From Eledone cirrhosa (Eukaryota): a stretch of DNA of 64,000 nucleotides. Below are positions 30,171 through 46,699 of the stretch, one piece after another (positions within the stretch are counted from its first letter, which is position 1; each line of letters starts with the position of its first letter). The notes beneath the pieces were generated by a model. The model saw only the letters and a program-made list of their open reading frames with translations. It did not search any database and was not told the DNA's origin. Where the stretch lies: NCBI GenBank assembly GCA_964016885.1, contig OZ024742.1:292640001-292704000 (forward strand), written 5' to 3'. The translations under genes and the position numbers were made by a program.

Positions 30171-33119
30171 TAGCTTAATAGATATATCTGGTCATAAACA
30201 CAACTATACCAAGTTAAGGTGATAGCTTAATAGATATATCTGGTCATAAACACAACTATACTGAGTCAAGGTGATAGCTTAATAGATATATCTAGTCATA
30301 AACACAACTATACTGAGTCAAGGTGATAGCTTAATAGATATATCTAGTCATAAACACAACTATGATAGCTTAATAGATATATCTAGTCATAAACACAACT
30401 ATATTACTGAGTCAAGGTGATAGCTTAATAGATATATCTAGTCATAAACACAACTATACTGAGTCAAGGTGATAGCTTAATAGATATATCTGGTCATAAA
30501 CACAACTATACTGAGTCAAGGTGATAGCTTAATAGATATATCTACTCATAAACACAACTATATTACTGAGTCAAGGTGATAGCTTAATAGATATATCTAG
30601 TCATAAACACAACTATATTACTGAGTCAAGGTGATAGCTTAATAGATATATCTGGTCATAAACACAACTATACCGAGTTAAGGTGATAGCTTAATAGATA
30701 TATCTGGTCATAAACACAACTATACTGAGTCAAGGTGATAGCTTAATAGATATATCTAGTCATAAACACAACTATATTACTGAGTCAAGGTGATAGCTTA
30801 ATAGATATATCTAGTCATAAACACAACTATATTACTGAGTCAAGGTGATAGCTTAATAGATATATCTGGTCATAAACACAACTATACCGAGTTAAGGTGA
30901 TAGCTTAATAGATATATCTGGTCATAAACACAACTATACTGAGTCAAGGTGATAGCTTAATAGATATATCTAGTCATAAACACAACTATATAACTGAGTC
31001 AAGCTGATAGCTTAATAGATATATGTAGTCATAAACACAACTTTATTACTGAGTCAAGGTGATAGCTTAATAGATATATCTAGTCATAAACACAACTATA
31101 TTACTGAGTCAAGGTGATAGCTTAATAGATATGTCTAGTCATAAACACAACTTTATTACTGAGTCAAGGTGATAGCTTAATAGATATACCTAGTCATAAA
31201 CACAACTATACTGAGTCAAGGTGATAGCTTAATAGATATATCTGGTCATAAACACAACTATACTGAGTCAAGGTGGTAGCTTAATAGATATATCTAGTCA
31301 TAAACACAACTATATTACTGAGTCAAGGTGATAGCTTAATAGATATATCTAGTCATAAACACAACTATATTACTGAGTCAAGGTGATAGCTTAATAGACA
31401 TATCTAGTCATAAACACAACTATATTACTGATTCAAGGTGATAGCTTAATAGATATATCTAGTCATAAACACAACTATATTACTGAGTCAAGGTGATAGC
31501 TTAATAGATATATCTGGTCATAAACACAACTCTACTGAGTCAAGGTGATAGCTTAATAGATGTATCTAGTCGTAAACACAACTATATAACTGAGTCAAGG
31601 TGATAGCTTAATAGATATATCTAGTCATAAACACAACTATACTGAGTCAAGGTGATAGCTTAATAGATATATCTGGTCATAAACACAACTATACTGAGTC
31701 AAGGTGATAGCTTAATAGATATATCTGGTCAAAAACACAACTATACTGTGTCAAGGTGATAGCTTAATAGATATATCTAGTCATAAACACAACTATATTA
31801 CTGAGTCAAGATGATAGCTTAATAGATATATCTAGTCATAAACACAACTATATTACTGAGTCAAGGTGTTAGCTTAATAGATATATCTAGTCATAAACAC
31901 AACTATATTACTGAGTCAAGGTGATAGCTTAATAGATATATCTAGTCATAAACACAACTATACTGAGTCAAGGTGATAGCTTAATAGATATATCTGGTCA
32001 TAAACACAACTATACCGAGTTAAGGTGATAGCTTAATAGATATATCTGGTCATAAACACAACTATACTGAGTCAAGGTGATAGCTTAATAGATATATCTA
32101 GTCATAAACACAACTATACTGAGTCAAGGCAATAGCTTAATAGATATATCTAGTCATAAACACAACTATATAACTGAGTCAAGGTGATAGCTTAATAGAT
32201 ATATCTAGTCATAAACACAACTATATTACTGAGTCAAGGTGATAGAGTAATAGATATATCTGGTCATAAACACAACTATACTGTGTCAAGGTGATAGCTT
32301 AATAGATATATCTAGTCATAAACACAACTATATTACTGAGTCAAGGTGATAGCTTAATAGATATATCTAGTCATAAACACAACTATATTACTGAGTCAAG
32401 GTGATAGCTTAATAGATATATCTAGTCATAAACACAACTATACTGAGTCAAGGTGATAGCTTAATAGATATATCTGGTCATAAACACAACTATATTACTG
32501 AGTCAAGGTGATAGCTTAATAGATATAACTAGTCATAAACACAACTATATTACTGAGTCAAGGTGATAGCTTAATAGATATATCTAGTCATAAACACAAC
32601 TATATTACTGAGTCAAGGTGATAGCTTAATAGATATATCTAGTCATAAACACAACTATATTACTGAGTCAAGGTGATAGCTTAATAGATATATCTGGTCA
32701 TAAACACAACTATACTGAGTCAAGGTGATAGCTTAATAGATATATCTGGTTATAAACACAACTATATTACTGAGTCAAGGTGATAGCTTAATAGATATAT
32801 CTAGTCATAAACACAACTATATTACTGAGTCAAGGTGATAGCTTAATAGATATATCTAGTCATAAACACATCTATATTACTGAGTCAAGGTGATAGCTTA
32901 ATAGATATATCTGGTCATAAACACAACTATACTGAGTCAAGGTGATAGCTTAATAGATATATCTGGTTATAAACACAACTATACTGAGTCAAGGTGATAG
33001 CTTAATAGATATATCTAGTCATAAACACAACTATATTACTGAGTCAAGGTGATAGCTTAATAGATATATCTAGTCATAAACACAACTATATTACTGAGTC
33101 AAGGTGATAGCTTAATAGA

Positions 33120-36100
33120 TATATCTAGTCATAAACACAACTATATTACTGAGTCAAGGTGATACCTTAATAGATATATCTAGTCATAAACACAACTATA
33201 TTACTGAATCAAGGTGATAGCTTAATAGATATATCTGGTCATAAACACAACTATACTTAGTCAAGGTGATAGCTTAATAGATGTATCTGGTCATAAACAC
33301 AACTATACTGAGTCAAGGTGATAGCTTAATAGATATATCTAGTCATAAACACAACTATATTACTGAGTCAAGGTGATAGCTTAATAGATATATCTAGTCA
33401 TAAACACAACTATATTACTGAGTCAAGGTGATAGCTTAATAGATATATCTAGTCATAAACACAACTATATTACTGAGTCAAGGTGATAGCTTAATAGATA
33501 TATCTAGTCATAAACACAACTATACTGAGTCAAGGTGATAGCTTAATAGATATATCTGGTCATAAACACAACTATACCGAGTTAAGGTGATAGCTTAATA
33601 GATATATCTGGTCATAAACACAACTATACTGAGTCAAGGTGATAGCTTAATAGATATATCTAGTCATAAACACAACTATATAACTGAGTCAAGGTGATAG
33701 CTTAATAGATATATCTAGTCATATACACAACTATATTACTGAGTCAAGGTGATAGCTTAATAGATATATCTGGTCATAAACACAACTATACTGTGTCAAG
33801 GTGATAGCTTAATAGATATATCTAGTCATAAACACAACTATATTACTGAGTCAAGGTGATAGCTTAATAGATATATCTAGTCATAAACACAACTATATTA
33901 CTGAGTCAAGGTGATAGCTTAATAGATATATCTAGTCATAAACACAACTATATTACTGAGTCAAGGTGATAGCTTAATAGACATATCTAGTCATAAACAC
34001 AACTATATTACTGATTCAAGGTGATAGCTTAATAGATATATCTAGTCATAAACACAACTATATTACTGAGTCAAGGTGATAGCTTAATAGATATATCTGG
34101 TCATAAACACAACTCTACTGAGTCAAGGTGATAGCTTAATAGATGTATCTAGTCGTAAACACAACTATATAACTGAGTCAAGGTGATAGCTTAATAGATA
34201 TATCTAGTCATAAACACAACTATACTGAGTCAAGGTGATAGCTTAATAGATATATCTGGTCATAAACACAACTATACTGAGTCAAGGTGATAGCTTAATA
34301 GATATATCTGGTCAAAAACACAACTATACTGTGTCAAGGTGATAGCTTAATAGATATATCTAGTCATAAACACAACTATATTACTGAGTCAAGATGATAG
34401 CTTAATAGATATATCTAGTCATAAACACAACTATATTACTGAGTCAAGGTGTTAGCTTAATAGATATATCTAGTCATAAACACAACTATATTACTGAGTC
34501 AAGGTGATAGCTTAATAGATATATCTAGTCATAAACACAACTATACTGAGTCAAGGTGATAGCTTAATAGATATATCTGGTCATAAACACAACTATACCG
34601 AGTTAAGGTGATAGCTTAATAGATATATCTGGTCATAAACACAACTATACTGAGTCAAGGTGATAGCTTAATAGATATATCTAGTCATAAACACAACTAT
34701 ACTGAGTCAAGGCAATAGCTTAATAGATATATCTAGTCATAAACACAACTATATAACTGAGTCAAGGTGATAGCTTAATAGATATATCTAGTCATAAACA
34801 CAACTATATTACTGAGTCAAGGTGATAGATTAATAGATATATCTGGTCATAAACACAACTATACTGTGTCAAGGTGATAGCTTAATAGATATATCTAGTC
34901 ATAAACACAACTATATTACTGAGTCAAGGTGATAGCTTAATAGATATATCTAGTCATAAACACAACTATATTACTGAGTCAAGGTGATAGCTTAATAGAT
35001 ATATCTAGTCATAAACACAACTATACTGAGTCAAGGTGATAGCTTAATAGATATATCTGGTCATAAACACAACTATATTACTGAGTCAAGGTGATAGCTT
35101 AATAGATATAACTAGTCATAAACACAACTATATTACTGAGTCAAGGTGATAGCTTAATAGATATATCTAGTCATAAACACAACTATATTACTGAGTCAAG
35201 GTGATAGCTTAATAGATATATCTAGTCATAAACACAACTATATTACTGAGTCAAGGTGATAGCTTAATAGATATATCTGGTCATAAACACAACTATACTG
35301 AGTCAAGGTGATAGCTTAATAGATATATCTGGTTATAAACACAACTATATTACTGAGTCAAGGTGATAGCTTAATAGATATATCTAGTCATAAACACGAC
35401 TATATTACAGAGTCAAGGTGATACCTTAATAGATATATCTAGTCATAAACACAACTATATTACTGAGTCAAGGTGATAGCTTAATAGATATATCTGGTCA
35501 TAAACACAACTATACTTAGTCAAGGTGATAGCTTAATAGATGTATCTGGTCATAAACACAACTATACTGAGTCAAGGTGATAGCTTAATAGATATATCTA
35601 GTCATAAACACAACTATATTACTGAGTCAAGGTGATAGCTTAATAGATATATCTAGTCATAAACACAACTATATTACTGAGTCAAGGTGATAGCTTAATA
35701 GATATATCTAGTCATAAACACAACTATATTACTGAGTCAAGGTGATAGCTTAATAGATATATCTAGTCATAAACACAACTATACTGAGTCAAGGTGATAG
35801 CTTAATAGATATATCTGGTCATAAACACAACTATACCGAGTTAAGGTGATAGCTTAATAGATATATCTGGTCATAAACACAACTATACTGAGTCAAGGTG
35901 ATAGCTTAATAGATATATCTAGTCATAAACACAACTATACTGAGTCAAGGTGATAGCTTAATAGATATATCTAGTCATAAACACAACTATATAACTGAGT
36001 CAAGGTGATAGCTTAATAGATATATCTAGTCATAAACACAACTATATTACTGAGTCAAGGTGATAGCTTAATAGATATATCTGGTCATAAACACAACTAT

Positions 36101-39100
36101 ACTGTGTCAAGGTGATAGCTTAATAGATATATCTAGTCATAAACACAACTATATTACTGAGTCAAGGTGATAGCTTAATAGATATATCTAGTCATAAACA
36201 CAACTATATTACTGAGTCAAGGTGATAGCTTAATAGATATATCTAGTCATAAACACAACTATATTACTGAGTCAAGGTGATAGCTTAATAGATATATCTA
36301 GTCATAAACACAACTATACTGAGTCAAGGTGATAGCTTAATAGATATATCTGGTCATAAACACAACTATATTACTGAGTCAAGGTGATAGCTTAATAGAT
36401 ATATCTAGTCATAAACACAACTATATTACTGAGTCAAGGTGATAGCTTAATAGATATATCTAGTCATAAACACAACTATATTACTGAGTCAAGGTGATAG
36501 CTTAATATATATATCTAGTCATAAACACAACTATATTACTGAGTCAAGGTGATAGCTTAATAGATATATCTGGTCATAAACACAACTATACTGAGTCAAG
36601 GTGATAGCTTAATAGATATATCTGGTTATAAACACAACTATATTACTGAGTCAAGGTGATAGCTTAATAGATATATCTAGTCATAAACACAACTATATTA
36701 CTGAGTCAAGGTGATAGCTTAATAGATATATCTAGTCATAAACACATCTATATTACTGAGTCAAGGTGATAGCTTAATAGATATATCTGGTCATAAACAC
36801 AACTATACTGAGTCAAGGTGATAGCTTAATAGATATATCTGGTTATAAACACAACTATACTGAGTCAAGGTGATAGCTTAATAGATATATCTAGTCATAA
36901 ACACAACTATATTACTGAGTCAAGGTGATAGCTTAATAGATATATCTAGTCATAAACACAACTATATTACAGAGTCAAGGTGATAGCTTAATAGATATAT
37001 CTAGTCATAAACACAACTATATTACTGAGCCAAGGTGATAGCTTAATAGATATATCTAGTCATAAACACGACTATATTACAGAGTCAAGGTGATAGCTTA
37101 ATAGATTTATCTAGTCATAAACACAACTATATTACTGAGTCAAGGTGATACATTAATAGATATATCTAGTCATAAACACAACTATATTACTGAGTCAAGG
37201 TGATAGCTTAATAGATATATCTGGTCATAAACACAACTATACTTAGTCAAGGTGATAGCTTAATAGATGTATCTGGTCATAAACACAACTATACTGAGTC
37301 AAGGTGATAGCTTAATAGATATATCTAGTCATAAACACAACTATATTACTGAGTCAAGGTGATAGCTTAATAGATATATCTAGTCATAAACACAACTATA
37401 TTACTGAGTCAAGGTGATAGCTTAATAGATATATCTAGTCATAAACACAACTATATTACTGAGTCAAGGTGATAGCTTAATAGATATATCTAGTCATAAA
37501 CACAACTATACTGAGTCAAGGTGATAGCTTAATAGATATATCTGGTCATAAACACAACTATACCGAGTTAAGGTGATAGCTTAATAGATATATCTGGTCA
37601 TAAACACAACTATACTGAGTCAAGGTGATAGCTTAATAGATATATCTAGTCATAAACACAACTATACTGAGTCAAGGTGATAGCTTAATAGATATATCTA
37701 GTCATAAACACAACTATATAACTGAGTCAAGGTGATAGCTTAATAGATATATCTAGTCATAAACACAACTATATTACTGAGTCAAGGTGATAGCTTAATA
37801 GATATATCTGGTCATAAACACAACTATACTGTGTCAAGGTGATAGCTTAATAGATATATCTAGTCATAAACACAACTATATTACTGAGTCAAGGTGATAG
37901 CTTAATAGATATATCTAGTCATAAACACAACTATATTACTGAGTCAAGGTGATAGCTTAATAGATATATCTAGTCATAAACACAACTATACTGAGTCAAG
38001 GTGATAGCTTAATAGATATATCTGGTCATAAACACAACTATATTACTGAGTCAAGGTGATAGCTTAATAGATATATCTAGTCATAAACACAACTATATTA
38101 CAGAGTCAAGGTGATAGCTTAATAGATATATCTAGTCATAAACACAACTATATTACTGAGCCAAGGTGATAGCTTAATAGATATATCTAGTCATAAACAC
38201 GACTATATTACAGAGTCAAGGTGATAGCTTAATAGATATATCTAGTCATAAACACAACTATATTACTGAGTCAAGGTGATACCTTAATAGATATATCTAG
38301 TCATAAACACAACTATATTACTGAGTCAAGGTGATAGCTTAATAGATATATCTGGTCATAAACACAACTATACTTAGTCAAGGTGATAGCTTAATAGATG
38401 TATCTGGTCATAAACACAACTATACTGAGTCAAGGTGATAGCTTAATAGATATATCTAGTCATAAACACAACTATATTACTGAGTCAAGGTGATAGCTTA
38501 ATAGATATATCTAGTCATAAACACAACTATATTACTGAGTCAAGGTGATAGCTTAATAGATATATCTAGTCATAAACACAACTATATTACTGAGTCAAGG
38601 TGATAGCTTAATAGATATATCTAGTCATAAACACAACTATACTGAGTCAAGGTGATAGCTTAATAGATATATCTGGTCATAAACACAACTATACCGAGTT
38701 AAGGTGATAGCTTAATAGATATATCTGGTCATAAACACAACTATACTGAGTCAAGGTGATAGCTTAATAGATATATCTAGTCATAAACACAACTATACTG
38801 AGTCAAGGTGATAGCTTAATAGATATATCTAGTCATAAACACAACTATATAACTGAGTCAAGGTGATAGCTTAATAGATATATCTAGTCATAAACACAAC
38901 TATATTACTGAGTCAAGGTGATAGCTTAATAGATATATCTGGTCATAAACACAACTATACTGTGTCAAGGTGATAGCTTAATAGATATATCTAGTCATAA
39001 ACACAACTATATTACTGAGTCAAGGTGATAGCTTAATAGATATATCTAGTCATAAACACAACTATATTACTGAGTCAAGGTGATAGCTTAATAGATATAT

Positions 39101-41560
39101 CTAGTCATAAACACAACTATATTACTGAGTCAAGGTGATAGCTTAATAGATATATCTAGTCATAAACACAACTATACTGAGTCAAGGTGATAGCTTAATA
39201 GATATATCTGGTCATAAACACAACTATATTACTGAGTCAAGGTGATAGCTTAATAGATATATCTAGTCATAAACACAACTATATTACTGAGTCAAGGTGA
39301 TAGCTTAATAGATATATCTAGTCATAAACACAACTATATTACTGAGTCAAAGTGATAGCTTAATAGATATATCTAGTCATAAACACAACTATATTACTGA
39401 GTCAAGGTGATAGCTTAATAGATATATCTGGTCATAAACACAACTATACTGAGTCAAGGTGATAGCTTAATAGATATATCTGGTTATAAACACAACTATA
39501 TTACTGAGTCAAGGTGATAGCTTAATAGATATATCTAGTCATAAACACAACTATATTACTGAGTCAAGGTGATAGCTTAATAGATATATCTAGTCATAAA
39601 CACATCTATATTACTGAGTCAAGGTGATAGCTTAATAGATATATCTGGTCATAAACACAACTATACTGAGTCAAGGTGATAGCTTAATAGATATATCTGG
39701 TTATAAACACAACTATACTGAGTCAAGGTGATAGCTTAATAGATATATCTAGTCATAAACACAACTATATTACTGAGTCAAGGTGATAGCTTAATAGATA
39801 TATCTAGTCATAAACACAACTATATTACAGAGTCAAGGTGATAGCTTAATAGATATATCTAGTCATAAACACAACTATATTACTGAGCCAAGGTGATAGC
39901 TTAATATATATATCTAGTCATAAACACGACTATATTACAGAGTCAAGGTGATAGCTTAATAGATATATCTAGTCATAAACACAACTATATTACTGAGTCA
40001 AGGTGATACCTTAATAGATATATCTAGTCATAAACACAACTATATTACTGAGTCAAGGTGATAGCTTAATAGATATATCTGGTCATAAACACAACTATAC
40101 TTAGTCAAGGTGATAGCTTAATAGATGTATCTGGTCATAAACACAACTATACTGAGTCAAGGTGATAGCTTAATAGATATATCTAGTCATAAACACAACT
40201 ATATTACTGAGTCAAGGTGATAGCTTAATAGATATATCTAGTCATAAACACAACTATATTACTGAGTCAAGGTGATAGCTTAATAGATATATCTAGTCAT
40301 AAACACAACTATATTACTGAGTCAAGGTGATAGCTTAATAGATATATCTAGTCATAAACACAACTATACTGAGTCAAGGTGATAGCTTAATAGATATATC
40401 TGGTCATAAACACAACTATACCGAGTTAAGGTGATAGCTTAATAGATATATCTGGTCATAAACACAACTATACTGAGTCAAGGTGATAGCTTAATAGATA
40501 TATCTAGTCATAAACACAACTATACTGAGTCAAGGTGATAGCTTAATAGATATATCTAGTCATAAACACAACTATATAACTGAGTCAAGGTGATAGCTTA
40601 ATAGATATATCTAGTCATAAACACAACTATATTACTGAGTCAAGGTGATAGCTTAATAGATATATCTGGTCATAAACACAACTATACTGTGTCAAGGTGA
40701 TAGCTTAATAGATATATCTAGTCATAAACACAACTATATTACTGAGTCAAGGTGATAGCTTAATAGATATATCTAGTCATAAACACAACTATATTACTGA
40801 GTCAAGGTGATAGCTTAATAGATATATCTAGTCATAAACACAACTATACTGAGTCAAGGTGATAGCTTAATAGATATATCTGGTCATAAACACAACTATA
40901 TTACTGAGTCAAGGTGATAGCTTAATAGATATATCTAGTCATAAACACAACTATATTACTGAGTCAAGGTGATAGCTTAATAGATATATCTAGTCATAAA
41001 CACAACTATATTACTGAGTCAAGGTGATAGCTTAATAGATATATCTAGTCATAAACACAACTATATTACTGAGTCAAGGTGATAGCTTAATAGATATATC
41101 TGGTCATAAACACAACTCTACTGAGTCAAGGTGATAGCTTAATAGATATATCTGGTTATAAACACAACTATACTGAGTCAAGGTGATAGCTTAATAGATA
41201 TATCTAGTCATAAACACAACTATATTACAGAGTCAAGGTGATAGCTTAATAGATATATCTAGTCATAAACACAACTATATTACTGAGCCAAGGTGATAGC
41301 TTAATAGATATATCTAGTCATAAACACGACTATATTACAGAGTCAAGGTGATAGCTTAATAGATATATCTAGTCATAAACACAACTATATTACTGAGTCA
41401 AGGTGATACCTTAATAGATATATCTAGTCATAAACACAACTATATTACTGAGTCAAGGTGATAGCTTAATAGATATATCTGGTCATAAACACAACTATAC
41501 TTAGTCAAGGTGATAGCTTAATAGATGTATCTGGTCATAAACACAACTATACTGAGTCAA
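33120..41560 (+). repeat. ~8.4-kb segmental duplication, copy 2
   Basis: It carries the same ordered rare variants as 21750-30170 but lacks the 21-bp deletion. It has a few private differences, e.g. GATACATT at ~37152 and AACTCTA at ~41118. Confidence 0.92.
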
Positions 41561-44500
41561 GGTGATAGCTTAATAGATATATCTAGTCATAAACACAACT
41601 ATATTACTGAGTCAAGGTGATAGCTTAATAGATATATCTAGTCATAAACACAACTATATTACTGAGTCAAGGTGATAGCTTAATAGATATATCTAGTCAT
41701 AAACACAACTATATTACTGAGTCAAGGTGATAGCTTAATAGATATATCTAGTCATAAACACAACTATACTGAGTCAAGGTGATAGCTTAATAGATATATC
41801 TGGTCATAAACACAACTATACCGAGTTAAGGTGATAGCTTAATAGATATATCTGGTCATAAACACAACTATACTGAGTCAAGGTGATAGCTTAATAGATA
41901 TATCTAGTCATAAACACAACTATATTACTGAGTCAAGGTGATAGCTTAATAGATATATCTAGTCATAAACACAACTATATTACTGAGTCAAGGTGATAGC
42001 TTAATAGATATATCTGGTCATAAACACAACTATACCGAGTTAAGGTGATAGCTTAATAGATATATCTGGTCATAAACACAACTATACTGAGTCAAGGTGA
42101 TAGCTTAATAGATATATCTAGTCATAAACACAACTATATTACTGAGTCAAGGTGATAGCTTAATAGATATATCTAGTCATAAACACAACTATACTGAGTC
42201 AAGGTGATAGCTTAATAGATATATCTAGTCATAAACACAACTATATAACTGAGTCAAGGTGATAGCTTAATAGATATATCTAGTCATAAACACAACTATA
42301 TTACTGAGTCAAGGTGATAGCTTAATAGATATATCTGGTCATAAACACAACTATACTGTGTCAAGGTGATAGCTTAATAGATATATCTAGTCATAAACAC
42401 AACTATATTACTGAGTCAAGGTGATAGCTTAATAGATATATCTAGTCATAAACACAACTATATTACTGAGTCAAGGTGATAGCTTAATAGATATATCTAG
42501 TCATAAACACAACTATATTACTGAGTCAAGGTGATAGCTTAATAGATATATCTAGTCATAAACACAACTATACTGAGTCAAGGTGATAGCTTAATAGATA
42601 TATCTGGTCATAAACACAACTATATTACTGAGTCAAGGTGATAGCTTAATAGATATATCTAGTCATAAACACAACTATATTACTGAGTCAAGGTGATAGC
42701 TTAATAGATATATCTAGTCATAAACACAACTATATTACTGAGTCAAGGTGATAGCTTAATAGATATATCTAGTCATAAACACAACTATATTACTGAGTCA
42801 AGGTGATAGCTTAATAGATATATCTGGTCATAAACACAACTATACTGAGTCAAGGTGATAGCTTAATAGATATATCTGGTTATAAACACAACTATATTAC
42901 TGAGTCAAGGTGATAGCTTAATAGATATATCTAGTCATAAACACAACTATATTACTGAGTCAAGGTGATAGCTTAATAGATATATCTAGTCATAAACACA
43001 TCTATATTACTGAGTCAAGGTGATAGCTTAATAGATATATCTGGTCATAAACACAACTATACTGAGTCAAGGTGATAGCTTAATAGATATATCTGGTTAT
43101 AAACACAACTATACTGAGTCAAGGTGATAGCTTAATAGATATATCTAGTCATAAACACAACTATATTACTGAGTCAAGGTGATAGCTTAATAGATATATC
43201 TAGTCATAAACACAACTATATTACAGAGTCAAGGTGATAGCTTAATAGATATATCTAGTCATAAACACAACTATATTACTGAGCCAAGGTGATAGCTTAA
43301 TAGATATATCTAGTCATAAACACGACTATATTACAGAGTCAAGGTGATAGCTTAATAGATATATCTAGTCATAAACACAACTATATTACTGAGTCAAGGT
43401 GATACCTTAATAGATATATCTAGTCATAAACACAACTATATTACTGAGTCAAGGTGATAGCTTAATAGATATATCTGGTCATGAACACAACTATACTTAG
43501 TCAAGGTGATAGCTTAATAGATGTATCTGGTCATAAACACAACTATACTGAGTCAAGGTGATAGCTTAATAGATATATCTAGTCATAAACACAACTATAT
43601 TACTTAGTCAAGGTGATAGCTTAATAGATATATCTAGTCATAAACACAACTATATTACTGAGTCAAGGTGATAGCTTAATAGATATATCTAGTCATAAAC
43701 ACAACTATATTACTGAGTCAAGGTGATAGCTTAATAGATATATCTAGTCATAAACACAACTATACTGAGTCAAGGTGATAGCTTAATAGATATATCTGGT
43801 CATAAACACAACTATACCGAGTTAAGGTGATAGCTTAATAGATATATCTGGTGATAAACACAACTATACTGAGTCAAGGTGATAGCTTAATAGATATATC
43901 TAGTCATAAACACAACTATATAACTGAGTCAAGGTGATAGCTTAATAGATATATCTAGTCATAAACACAACTATATTACTGAGTCAAGGTGATAGCTTAA
44001 TAGATATATGTGGTCATAAACACAACTATACTGTGTCAAGGTGATAGCTTAATAGATATATCTAGTCATAAACACAACTATATTACTGAGTCAAGGTGAT
44101 AGCTTAATAGATATATCTAGTCATAAACACAACTATATTACTGAGTCAAGGTGATAGCTTAATAGATATATCTAGTCATAAACACAACTATACTGAGTCA
44201 AGGTGATAGCTTAATAGATATATCTGGTCATAAACACAACTATATTACTGAGTCAAGGTGATAGCTTAATAGATATATCTAGTCATAAACACAACTATAT
44301 TACTGAGTCAAGGTGATAGCTTAATAGATATATCTAGTCATAAACACAACTATATTACTGAGTCAAGGTGATAGCTTAATAGATATATCTAGTCATAAAC
44401 ACAACTATATTACTGAGTCAAGGTGATAGCTTAATAGATATATCTGGTCATAAACACAACTATACTTAGTCAAGGTGATAGCTTAATAGATGTATCTGGT

Positions 44501-46699
44501 CATAAACACAACTATACTGAGTCAAGGTGATAGCTTAATAGATATATCTAGTCATAAACACAACTATATTACTGAGTCAAGGTGATAGCTTAATAGATAT
44601 ATCTAGTCATAAACACAACTATATTACTGAGTCAAGGTGATAGCTTAATAGATATATCTAGTCATAAACACAACTATATTACTGAGTCAAGGTGATAGCT
44701 TAATAGATATATCTAGTCATAAACACAACTATACTGAGTCAAGGTGATAGCTTAATAGATATATCTAGTCATAAACACAACTATATTACTGAGTCAAGGT
44801 GATAGCTTAATAGATATATCTAGTCATAAACACAACTATATTACTGAGTCAAGGTGATAGCTTAATAGATATATCTAGTCATAAACACAACTATACTGAG
44901 TCAAGGTGATAGCTTAATAGATATATCTGGTCATAAACACAACTATACCGAGTTAAGGTGATAGCTTAATAGATATATCTGGTCATAAACACAACTATAC
45001 TGAGTCAAGGTGATAGCTTAATAGATATATCTAGTCATAAACACAACTATACTGAGTCAAGGTGATAGCTTAATAGATATATCTAGTCATAAACACAACT
45101 ATATAACTGAGTCAAGGTGATAGCTTAATAGATATATCTAGTCATAAACACAACTATATTACTGAGTCAAGGTGATAGCTTAATAGATATATCTGGTCAT
45201 AAACACAACTATACTGTGTCAAGGTGATAGCTTAATAGATATATCTAGTCATAAACACAACTATATTACTGAGTCAAGGTGATAGCTTAATAGATATATC
45301 TAGTCATAAACACAACTATATTACTGAGTCAAGGTGATAGCTTAATAGATATATCTAGTCATAAACACAACTATACTGAGTCAAGGTGATAGCTTAATAG
45401 ATATATCTGGTCATAAACACAACTATATTACTGAGTCAAGGTGATAGCTTAATAGATATATCTAGTCATAAACACAACTATATTACTGAGTCAAGGTGAT
45501 AGCTTAATAGATATATCTAGTCATAAACACAACTATATTACTGAGTCAAGGTGATAGCTTAATAGATATATCTAGTCATAAACACAACTATATTACTGAG
45601 TCAAGGTGATAGCTTAATAGATATATCTGGTCATAAACACAACTATACTTAGTCAAGGTGATAGCTTAATAGATGTATCTGGTCATAAACACAACTATAC
45701 TGAGTCAAGGTGATAGCTTAATAGATATATCTAGTCATAAACACAACTATACTGAGTCAAGGTGATAGCTTAATAGATATATCTGGTCATAAACACAACT
45801 ATATTACTGAGTCAAGGTGATAGCTTAATAGATATATCTAGTCATAAACACAACTATATTACTGAGTCAAGGTGATAGCTTAATAGATATATCTAGTCAT
45901 AAACACAACTATATTACTGAGTCAAGGTGATAGCTTAATAGATATATCTAGTCATAAACACAACTATATTACTGAGTCAAGGTGATAGCTTAATAGATAT
46001 ATCTGGTCATAAACACAACTATACTTAGTCAAGGTGATAGCTTAATAGATGTATCTGGTCATAAACACAACTATACTGAGTCAAGGTGATAGCTTAATAG
46101 ATATATCTAGTCATAAACACAACTATATTACTGAGTCAAGGTGATAGCTTAATAGATATATCTAGTCATAAACACAACTATATTACTGAGTCAAGGTGAT
46201 AGCTTAATAGATATATCTAGTCATAAACACAACTATATTACTGAGTCAAGGTGATAGCTTAATAGATATATCTAGTCATAAACACAACTATACTGAGTCA
46301 AGGTGATAGCTTAATAGATATATCTAGTCATAAACACAACTATATTACTGAGTCAAGGTGATAGCTTAATAGATATATCTAGTCATAAACACAACTATAT
46401 TACTGAGTCAAGGTGATAGCTTAATAGATATATCTAGTCATAAACACAACTATACTGAGTCAAGGTGATAGCTTAATAGATATATCTGGTCATAAACACA
46501 ACTATACCGAGTTAAGGTGATAGCTTAATAGATATATCTGGTCATAAACACAACTATACTGAGTCAAGGTGATAGCTTAATAGATATATCTAGTCATAAA
46601 CACAACTATACTGAGTCAAGGTGATAGCTTAATAGATATATCTAGTCATAAACACAACTATATAACTGAGTCAAGGTGATAGCTTAATAGATATATCTA

